From: Candidatus Saccharimonadota bacterium
Lineage (GTDB): Bacteria; Patescibacteriota; Saccharimonadia; Saccharimonadales; UBA4665
Reading direction: 5' to 3'
DNA: 32,000 nucleotides
Assembly: GCA_016699955.1 (NCBI GenBank)
Contig: CP064993.1
Span: forward strand, 630,001-662,000
Positions 25,812 through 32,000 of the stretch are shown here, one piece after another; the first letter of the stretch is position 1, and each line of letters opens with the position of its first letter. The position numbers were made by a program, and so were the translations under genes. Below the pieces are notes generated by a model, which saw only the letters and a list, made by a program, of their open reading frames with translations, made no database searches and was not told the DNA's origin.

Positions 25812-26560
25812 GGCCACTGATTACCAAAATGAAGCCCAGTAAGGGTTTTTCTCACTCAATCTATATATTATTGAACGTTTTGTTCCCTGTATTAATAGTT
25901 GCCCTCGTACGCGGTGGGTTCGAACAAGTTGCCTTTGGCCTCATTTTACTTAGTAAATGGCGTATGTTTGCCGTGCGGCCACGATTTTGGCTGGCCAACA
26001 TCCGTACAAATGCAGTCGATATTACTATCGGTCTGTCGGCTCTTGCGCTTATGTCTGGTACCGAAACAACCTGGCTTCAGCTGGCTTACGTTGCAGCCTG
26101 GGCAGGCTGGCTTGTTTTTATAAAACCTCGCCACGATATATTATGGGTGTCGTTGCAGGCATTTATTGCTCAGGTGATTGGACTTACGGCAGTGTTCTCG
26201 GCCTGGGATCATATTTCGCTTATTGGTTTGGTCGCCACAGTTGGTTTTATTTGCTTTTTTTCGGCACATCACTTCTTTTACAGTTTTGAGGAAGAGCATA
26301 TTCGGTTGTTGGCGTACATATGGGGGTACTTTGGCGCAGCACTCACGTGGATTTTGGGGCATTGGCTCATTTATTACTACGGTGTTGTCGCCCAGCCAAC
26401 ACTTATCCTTTCTGCAATGGCGTTTAGTATTGGAACACTGTATTATTTAGACCATTTTGATAAACTATCTCGTTTTGTGCGCAGAGAAATTCTGTTTGTT
26501 CTCGCAACAATTTTACTAGTCATCATTGCATTTTCAGATTGGGGAGATAAAACCATATAG
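25808..26560 (+). CDS. Polytopic integral membrane protein (250 aa, about 6-7 TM helices), hypothetical
   Basis: Strongly hydrophobic periodic sequence. There is an ATGA start/stop overlap with the LCP gene. I recognised no family. Confidence 0.7.
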   Translation: MRPLITKMKPSKGFSHSIYILLNVLFPVLIVALVRGGFEQVAFGLILLSKWRMFAVRPRFWLANIRTNAVDITIGLSALALMSGTETTWLQLAYVAAWAGWLVFIKPRHDILWVSLQAFIAQVIGLTAVFSAWDHISLIGLVATVGFICFFSAHHFFYSFEEEHIRLLAYIWGYFGAALTWILGHWLIYYYGVVAQPTLILSAMAFSIGTLYYLDHFDKLSRFVRREILFVLATILLVIIAFSDWGDKTI

Positions 26561-26603
26561 GTTATCAGCAAACTATCAGCGACTAATAGTATAAGAGGAA
26601 TGT

Positions 26604-27821
26604 ATGGATATAGAGACATCACCGCAACAGAAAGAAAACAGCGCGCAAAAGCTACCGGCTAAAAAAGCCACCTTACTTACGAAAATCCTCATTGGGTTGA
26701 TTATTTTTAGCATCAGTTTTGGGGGTGGTTGGCTCGGTGCATCCAGTAAAATGAGCGATACTGATAGCCGCGCCGTAGCAGAACAAAAAACTATCGTCAC
26801 AAACACGGCGAATTTAGTTAGTTCAATCGCAGGTAGCGTTGGGGGTAGTGTTGTATCGGTCAATGTGACGTCGCAAAGTACGGCCACGGGTTACGGGGGT
26901 TTATTTGATTTTGGGTATGGCCCGTACACCCAGGAAAGTGCGGGTACAGGGGTTATTATTAGCTCGGATGGCCTTATTATGACAAACCGACATGTAGTAC
27001 CGACGGGTACAACAGATGTGAGCGTCACATTGAGCGATGGAACGGTTCTAGACAAAGTTAAAGTCATCGCTCGGACAAGCAGCCGCGACACGCTTGATAT
27101 TGCGTTTCTGAAAGTAGAAGATGACGAGGGCAAAAAACTGGTTGCGGCCAAACTTGGTGACTCGAGCAAGATGAAAGTGGGCGATGCAGTTGTGGCCATA
27201 GGCAATACACTTGGACAGTTCCAAAACACAGTAACCAGCGGCATCATTTCGGGCTACGGCCGCAGTCTTGTTGCCGGTGATGGTTCTGGCGATCAAGCAG
27301 AGAACCTAGACGACATGTTTCAGACCGATGCGGCTATCAACCAGGGTAACTCTGGTGGTCCGCTAGTAAATATGAACGGGGAAGTTATTGGAATAAACAC
27401 GGCGATAGCAAGCGACGCACAAACGGTTGGCTTTGCTATTCCTATCAATAATGTGAAAGGTCTCATTGAAAACGTAAGGAAAAGCGGCAAGCTCGAACGT
27501 CCGTATCTGGGTGTTGTCTATGTTATGTTAACCGATGATATCGCCGAAGAGTACAATCTTGGCTCAACTAGGGGTGCCTACATACCGAAAACAGAAGACA
27601 TGGGGAGTGAGACGGTAATCAAAGGCGGTCCGGCAGCAGAGGCGGGTATAGCAGAGGGCGATATAATTACCAAAATTGACGGCACAGACATAAACGAAAA
27701 ATCTAGTTTACTGTCGATATTAAGTAAGCACAAAGCAGGTGACAGTGTTGAGCTTACTATTTTACGCGGTGATGCCACAAAAACTATTTCTGTAAAACTG
27801 GGCATTGCTCCTGCCAACTAG
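26604..27821 (+). CDS. htrA: HtrA/DegP-family (S1C) serine protease with one PDZ domain
   Basis: N-terminal TM helix. The catalytic triad contexts are TNRHVV (His), DIAFLKV (Asp) and GNSGGPLVN (Ser). The C-terminal PDZ region is GPAAEAGIAEGDIITKIDG. AGAGGA lies 4 nt upstream of the ATG. Confidence 0.9.
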   Translation: MDIETSPQQKENSAQKLPAKKATLLTKILIGLIIFSISFGGGWLGASSKMSDTDSRAVAEQKTIVTNTANLVSSIAGSVGGSVVSVNVTSQSTATGYGGLFDFGYGPYTQESAGTGVIISSDGLIMTNRHVVPTGTTDVSVTLSDGTVLDKVKVIARTSSRDTLDIAFLKVEDDEGKKLVAAKLGDSSKMKVGDAVVAIGNTLGQFQNTVTSGIISGYGRSLVAGDGSGDQAENLDDMFQTDAAINQGNSGGPLVNMNGEVIGINTAIASDAQTVGFAIPINNVKGLIENVRKSGKLERPYLGVVYVMLTDDIAEEYNLGSTRGAYIPKTEDMGSETVIKGGPAAEAGIAEGDIITKIDGTDINEKSSLLSILSKHKAGDSVELTILRGDATKTISVKLGIAPAN

Positions 27822-27855
27822 CTTCACCCAGGATGAGTCTTTGTATCTGAAAGTT

Positions 27856-28728
27856 TCACTTGAAGCGGGTAGGTCGAGCAAAGCACTGGGCTAATCCGTT
27901 TGTGGTGACGTGGTCAAACCCGTGAGAATGTGCCATTTCTGTGAGCATTTCATGCTGGTGTTCAAGCGATTCGGTGATAATGCAGTATGGCTGCAGACCG
28001 TGTTCGTTGATCTGTTCAAAAAGTCTCCGGTACACAGCGAGACCGTCGCCGCCACCGTAGAGAGCGAGTTCCGGTTCGTGAGTAGCAGCGGTGTTTACCG
28101 GGTAGTTTTCAGGTACATACGGGAGGTTAGCGAGGATTATTGAGTTTCGAATTTGGAGTTTTGAACCTTGAAAAGGCTCAAGTAAGTCACCCTGCAATAA
28201 ACTAATGTCGGCGCCCAGGCTAGCTGCATTTTGGGCGGCGACTTTTAAGCATTCATTATCAATGTCTGTTGCAGCAATTTTTGAAGCTGGACACTCCAAT
28301 TTTGCAGTAATGGCAAGTGCGCCGCAGCCAGTGCCAATATCTATGACGGCAGTATGTGGCTCAGCCAGCATGCTCCGTTTTAGTAGCACAATCATGGCCT
28401 CACTTTCAGGCCTGGGTACCAACACGTGTTCATTTACAACAAACTCTCGGCCGTAAAACTCAACTTTTCCGCGTATGTAGGCCAGGGGAACGTGCTGTGC
28501 TCTTTGAGTAACATTTGTGTTCAGATTTTTTACTACCGACCCCTGAAGAGCGTGTTCAGGGTGCGCCAAAAGCCACGCTTTATCACACCCCAACTCGTCA
28601 CTAAGCAGGACTAAAGCATCGAGCCTAGGGGTTTCAATGCCCGCAGTTTCTAGCCTGTGTACAGTAGTGCTCAACCAAGAAGAAATTGTATCAGCCACGT
28701 TGCTCTCTATGTGTGTTAAGGAATGCAA
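27856..28728 (-). CDS. prmC: Release-factor glutamine N5-methyltransferase PrmC/HemK
   Basis: SAM-binding motif IDIGTGCGALAI, and the substrate motif NLPYV in place of canonical NPPY. It lies in the same orientation downstream of prfA. The longest ORF starts at TTG 28728; GTG 28698 (MADTISSWL...) fits family N-termini better. Confidence 0.85.
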   Translation of the reverse strand: MHSLTHIESNVADTISSWLSTTVHRLETAGIETPRLDALVLLSDELGCDKAWLLAHPEHALQGSVVKNLNTNVTQRAQHVPLAYIRGKVEFYGREFVVNEHVLVPRPESEAMIVLLKRSMLAEPHTAVIDIGTGCGALAITAKLECPASKIAATDIDNECLKVAAQNAASLGADISLLQGDLLEPFQGSKLQIRNSIILANLPYVPENYPVNTAATHEPELALYGGGDGLAVYRRLFEQINEHGLQPYCIITESLEHQHEMLTEMAHSHGFDHVTTNGLAQCFARPTRFK

Positions 28729-28915
28729 AGACTATTGTTTCCTCGCCTCGCTGAAGATATAAAGTGCGCAGGTCACTTCTAGCGAACTTTTGTGCAGGCC
28801 GTGTTACATCGGTGTCGATTTTTTTACTTATGGCAGTAGTCATGCCCACACAGTATATACAAAGTAGGTTTTTTTCAACCAAAATTTGCAATTTCATAAA
28901 AACATGCAAAAGCAA

Positions 28916-28945
28916 TTGACAAAACCGAGATGGTGAGAGTATTAT
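28916..28945 (+). promoter_or_regulatory. Near-consensus sigma70-type promoter (TTGACA-N18-TATTAT) with no obvious gene to drive
   Basis: ttgaca at 28916-28921 and tattat at 28940-28945. It points toward the 3' end of prfA, which is on the opposite strand. Downstream are ~360 nt without a convincing CDS. Confidence 0.4.
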
Positions 28946-29063
28946 TTGGCTCATGACAGAATCATTACCTGACCTTAGCGGTGACCCTAATAAGTTTAGG
29001 CATCTACATTTTTTCCGATTCAGATGAACATTTGGGTAAAGTGGTTGACGTTGCAAACGAAAA

Positions 29064-29297
29064 TTGCTTGTTGGTGTGACAGTCATCACCGATCCAGGGA
29101 CTGCGGCGAGGGAGTATGCCCAGCAAGCGAGAGCCTTAAATCAACTAGGGGACACTGCTCATGATCCAGACGGGTATGCTTTGCATGCTCGTGGATGGGT
29201 TCAGGGGGGTGGCGCATTCGTAGTATTGACGGGTCGAATCGGCGTGGGGCTGTTTCATGAGGAATACCACAGGCTCTATGGAGCGCAAGGCCAGTAA
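29064..29297 (+). CDS. Doubtful 77-aa ORF (TTG start, no SD) in the prmC-prfA gap
   Basis: From the ORF track only. It lies in a GC-richer stretch and uses several AGG/AGA/GGG/CTA codons. I recognised no motif and it may instead be part of an RNA. Confidence 0.15.
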   Translation: MLVGVTVITDPGTAAREYAQQARALNQLGDTAHDPDGYALHARGWVQGGGAFVVLTGRIGVGLFHEEYHRLYGAQGQ

Positions 29298-29312
29298 CAG
29301 CGAAGAACTCTA

Positions 29313-30371
29313 CTACTGGCCGTCACTGATGAGGCTGCGTTCGTAGTCGGCTAGTTTATCCATGAGGTCGTCTATATCGCCGTTCATAGCGGCGGGAATG
29401 TTGCTGCGGCTGTAACCTATGCGGTGGTCGGTTATACGGTCTTGCGGGAAATTGTAGGTGCGGATTTTTTCGCTGCGATCACCGGTACCAATGAGTTTCT
29501 TGCGCGCATCACTGAGCTGTTTTGCTTCCTCGTCAATTTTCATTTGCAGAAGTCGGGAGCGTAAGACACCGAGTGCCTTGGCCTTGTTTTTTATTTGTGA
29601 CTTTTCGTCTTGGTTTGCTACAACTAGGCCACTTGGAAGGTGAGTGATGCGTACAGCCGAGTCGGTGGTGTTGACGCTTTGCCCGCCATGTCCGCCACTG
29701 CGGAACACATCTATCCGCAGGTCGTTTGGGTTGATTTCTATGTCTGTTTCCTCTGCTTCTGGGAGTATGGCTACAGTCACAGTAGATGTGTGGATACGAC
29801 CCTGCGACTCTGTGGCGGGTACCCGTTGCACGCGGTGTACACCAGCTTCAAATTTGAGGTGTTTGTACATGTCCTGCCCGCGCATAGCAAAAATTATTTC
29901 TTTAAACCCGCCAACTTCACTTGGACTTTCGCTGACCAATTCTGTTTTAAAACCCTTTATTTCACCCCATCTGACGTACATGCGGTATAGCTCGGCCGCA
30001 AATAGGGATGATTCATCGCCTCCAGCACCGGCACGGATTTCAATAATCACATCTTTTTCATCGTTGGGGTCTTTAGGAGTGAGGGCTTCAGAAAGGTAAG
30101 TGGTGAGAGATTGCAGATTGGCGCGCAGAGATTCAAGCTCCGCAAAAGCCATTTCTGCGATATCAGGATCAGAATCCTGTGACATTTTTTCGGCGTCGTA
30201 GATCTGTTGTTTGGTCGAAGCTAGCCTATCAAACAGTGACACAATGTCTTCTAGGTAGGCTTGTCGTTTTGCCAACTTTGGATAGCCTGGTTCAGAATAT
30301 ACTGAAGAATCCTGCAGCTTTCCCTGGAGCTCAGCGTATTCATCACGTAGCGATTGTTCTTTTTGATCCAT
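29313..30371 (-). CDS. prfA: Peptide chain release factor 1
   Basis: The P-A-T tripeptide ([14 protein letters not shown]) is specific for RF1, and the GGQ motif is present ([12 protein letters not shown]). Confidence 0.95.
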   Translation of the reverse strand: MDQKEQSLRDEYAELQGKLQDSSVYSEPGYPKLAKRQAYLEDIVSLFDRLASTKQQIYDAEKMSQDSDPDIAEMAFAELESLRANLQSLTTYLSEALTPKDPNDEKDVIIEIRAGAGGDESSLFAAELYRMYVRWGEIKGFKTELVSESPSEVGGFKEIIFAMRGQDMYKHLKFEAGVHRVQRVPATESQGRIHTSTVTVAILPEAEETDIEINPNDLRIDVFRSGGHGGQSVNTTDSAVRITHLPSGLVVANQDEKSQIKNKAKALGVLRSRLLQMKIDEEAKQLSDARKKLIGTGDRSEKIRTYNFPQDRITDHRIGYSRSNIPAAMNGDIDDLMDKLADYERSLISDGQ

Positions 30372-30555
30372 AGACTTTTATTAGTATAACCCTAGCTCGG
30401 TGTAAGCACTACTATTAGCGGTTTCAGGCGCTAGCGAGTGAGAGCGAATCCGTCAGGGGTGGCAAGTCTTACAACTCGTCGATGACGCCGAGTTCGGATT
30501 AGTATAAACCAACCAACCGAAAGAGTGATACCATCGACGGTTTGTATGGGGCTAG

Positions 30556-30900
30556 TTACTTATTGTCGCTTTTTTCGTCTGCAGCTTTTTCGGCTTTTTT
30601 CTCGGCGCGGGCAGTTGATTTTTTGGCAGCGGCCATGCGAGCTTCTTTGGCTTTTGCGGCGGCTTCGGCACGAGCCTTAAATTTGTCAACGCGGCCTTCA
30701 ATGTCGAGAACACGTTCTTCGCCGGTGTAGAAGGGGTGGCTCGAACCAGTTATGTGCACTTTTACGAGGGGGTATTCAACGCCGTCGAGCTTGATAACTT
30801 CGTCTGTTTTCACGGTGGAGCGTGTCAGATATGTTTGATTGTTATTGAGATCCTGGAACACCACCAGGCGATAATCTTTCGGATGAAGATCTTTTTTCAT
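30556..30900 (-). CDS. rpmE: Ribosomal protein L31, type B (no zinc-binding Cys) with a Lys/Ala/Glu-rich C-terminal extension
   Basis: MKKDLHPKDY... is the canonical L31 N-terminus, with ...HPFYTGEERV further on. There are no CxxC motifs. ATG 30900 has AGAGG upstream; the ORF-track start 30990 adds 30 non-homologous residues. The tail is KFKARAEAAAKAKEARMAAAKKSTARAEKKAEKAADEKSDNK. Confidence 0.9.
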   Translation of the reverse strand: MKKDLHPKDYRLVVFQDLNNNQTYLTRSTVKTDEVIKLDGVEYPLVKVHITGSSHPFYTGEERVLDIEGRVDKFKARAEAAAKAKEARMAAAKKSTARAEKKAEKAADEKSDNK

Positions 30901-30998
30901 TTGGTATAACCTCTGCCCTAAATGGTTGATTGGTATGTTTGGCTTTCGGATTAGCAACGGGCGACTTGCAGTCCGACGTATCCCAAACAATTAGATTC

Positions 30999-31007
30999 AT
31001 TATATCA
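30999..31007 (-). promoter_or_regulatory. Extended -10 promoter (TGATATAAT) for rpmE
   Basis: The minus strand reads ggTGaTATAATg, with TATAAT equal to plus-strand 30999-31004. This gives a leader of ~90 nt before the rpmE ATG. Confidence 0.45.
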
Positions 31008-31060
31008 CCTCTGTTACTCGCATCACCAGCCTGCTGCCGGCAAACACGTTCTTTATTATG

Positions 31061-31129
31061 CCCCGGGGCGGCCCGGGCGGCGGGCGGGGGGGGCGGCGGC
31101 CCGCGGGGGGGGGGGAGGGGGGGGGGGGG
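31061..31129 (+). repeat. 69-nt GC-only low-complexity tract with G8, G11 and G13 runs
   Basis: The sequence is ccccggggcggcccgggcggcgggcggggggggcggcggcccgcggggggggggaggggggggggggg, with a single A at 31116. It is unlike anything else in the window and lies between the divergent rpmE and rpsB genes. Confidence 0.9.
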
Positions 31130-31250
31130 TCGACGCTCCTGCTTGCTATGAGGCGCTATATCTGTTACGATAAAACGGCAATTAACTAAGCAGGTGCGGG
31201 TGAAAATCCTCTGCAGCGTGGCTTTGCAAGCGCGCTTGTGGTGACCCGAC

Positions 31251-31335
31251 CGGTGTAAAAGGATGAGATGGTCAGTGGTTGTAGGTGGTAAGGTAGAGTC
31301 GCAGACTTTTCCTTAAAAACCTTACACCGCTACCT
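31251..31335 (+). promoter_or_regulatory. Pseudoknot-like structured leader upstream of rpsB
   Basis: cggtgtaa (31251-31258) pairs perfectly with ttacaccg (31322-31329). aggtag (31291-31296) pairs with ctacct (31330-31335). The two helices interleave and end 6 nt before the SD AGGAAGGAG. Confidence 0.3.
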
Positions 31336-31355
31336 ATTCCTAGGAAGGAGTCTGC

Positions 31356-32000
31356 ATGGCAGACGTAGATATCAAGAAATTATTAGAGGCGGGGGCGCAC
31401 TTTGGGCACAAAACCGAGCGTTGGCACCCAAAAATGGCGCAGTACATACACAGTAAGCGCGGCGGAAGCCATATCATTGACCTAACCAAGACGGTCACAA
31501 AGCTCGAGGAAGCGCTCGCTTTTGTGGAAGAAATGGCAAGCAAGAACAAGCAAGTTCTGTTTGTGGGTACAAAGCGTCAGGCGGCCGACATTGTAAAGAC
31601 ATTAGCCGAAGAAACTGGTCAGCCGTACGTCACCGAGCGGTGGCTTGGCGGCATGCTAACCAACTGGAACACAGTGGGTGCGCAAATCAAATACCTCGTT
31701 GACCAGGAAGCCAAAATGGCAAGCGGCGAGCTGGCAAACAAATTCAATAAGCTCGAAGTACAGCGCTTCCAAGAAGAAATAGACGCTATGAATGTTCTGT
31801 ACGGCGGCATCAAGGAGCTCAATGCTCGTCCGGGCGTCGTAGTTATATTTGACATTGTGCATGACAAAAACGCCGTCAAAGAAGCCACTAAGCTCAAACT
31901 GCCTATTGTGGGCGTGTGCGATACAAACGCAAATCCAACCGGCATAACTTACGTAGTACCGTGTAATGACGACGCTATCAAGGCGCTGCAACTACTGGCC
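31356..32000 (+). CDS. rpsB: Ribosomal protein S2, 3'-truncated by the window edge (215 codons)
   Basis: The ATG at 31356 is preceded by AGGAAGGAG. The translation MADVDIKKLLEAGAHFGHKTERWHPKMAQYIHSKRGGSHIIDLTKT...VGTKRQA...ERWLGGMLTNW...PIVGVCDTNANP is unmistakably S2. It is absent from the ORF track because no stop occurs within the window. Confidence 0.95.
   Translation, partial: MADVDIKKLLEAGAHFGHKTERWHPKMAQYIHSKRGGSHIIDLTKTVTKLEEALAFVEEMASKNKQVLFVGTKRQAADIVKTLAEETGQPYVTERWLGGMLTNWNTVGAQIKYLVDQEAKMASGELANKFNKLEVQRFQEEIDAMNVLYGGIKELNARPGVVVIFDIVHDKNAVKEATKLKLPIVGVCDTNANPTGITYVVPCNDDAIKALQLLA

Noticed and set aside
27852-27867. A parS-like sequence, AGTTTCACTTGAAGCG, between htrA and prmC.
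   Set aside because: It matches only 12 of 16 positions of TGTTTCACGTGAAACA and the palindrome is broken, which is at chance level.
28691-29089. A 132-aa minus-strand ORF bridging the prmC start and the gap.
   Set aside because: It overlaps the prmC N-terminus out of frame, has an implausible sequence (Cys/Leu/Arg-rich), and lacks an SD.
29148-29253. tmRNA-like snippets: ggggacactgctcatgatccagacggg (compare the GGGG...GGAUUCGACGGG 5' end) and gacgggtcgaatcggc (T-loop-like).
   Set aside because: There is no complementary acceptor 3' strand, no G3:U70 and no ...ALAA-type tag frame. There is too little room before prfA for a standard or permuted tmRNA.
28955-29300. RNase P RNA-like words: gacagaatc (like the P4 3' strand ACAGAA) at ~28957 and gaggaataccacaggctctatggagc...ggccagtaacagcg (like GAGGAAAGUCCGGGCUCCAUAG...GCCAGGUAACGCC) at ~29258.
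   Set aside because: The two elements are in the wrong 5'-3' order. The universally conserved GAGGAAAGUCC is not matched. An RNA starting near 29200 would have to run ~300 nt into the clearly genuine prfA coding region.
30930-31151. A 73-aa ORF with a poly-Gly/Arg tail (…AARAAGGGGGGPRGGGRGGGGRR).
   Set aside because: It is simply the translation of the GC-only tract. It also overlaps the rpmE 5' region and promoter in antisense.

Overview
This looks like a chromosome segment from a small-genome bacterium with a Gram-positive-type envelope. A Patescibacteria/CPR, Saccharibacteria-like origin is possible, but that is inference from gene content only. TGA is used as a stop and AGGA-type Shine-Dalgarno sites are present.

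The left ~20.4 kb is an accessory-looking island of giant secreted proteins:
- (i) A 5'-truncated fibre-like protein of more than 2013 aa with a beta-helix region (1-6044).
- (ii) A 1887-aa membrane-anchored protein with about 17-18 Kelch-like blades (6601-12264), followed by a small anchored partner (12280-13065).
- (iii) A second fibre paralog of about 2280 aa (13551-20395). It shares a 3.13-kb, ~99% identical block with (i), carries a different C-terminal cassette, and is interrupted by seven 1-bp indels as assembled.
- A small anchored protein (20444-20923, minus strand) closes the island.
- Both fibre genes contain an internal 2 x 972-bp near-perfect tandem duplication.

The right ~11 kb is housekeeping: parA-parB, lepB, an LCP-family protein, a polytopic membrane protein, htrA, prmC, prfA, rpmE (type B) and rpsB (3'-truncated).

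Three non-coding gaps carry unexplained signals:
- 20924-21815 has an orphan bidirectional terminator, a perfect DnaA box and nested helices.
- 28729-29312 has an orphan near-consensus promoter followed by GC-rich sequence.
- 31008-31355 has a 69-nt GC-only tract with G8/G11/G13 runs and a pseudoknot-like rpsB leader.

I recognised no rRNA, tRNA, CRISPR array, transposase or integrase. The most interesting candidate system is the fibre/Kelch island, with its conserved-stem/variable-tip architecture and a frameshifted, cassette-like paralog.
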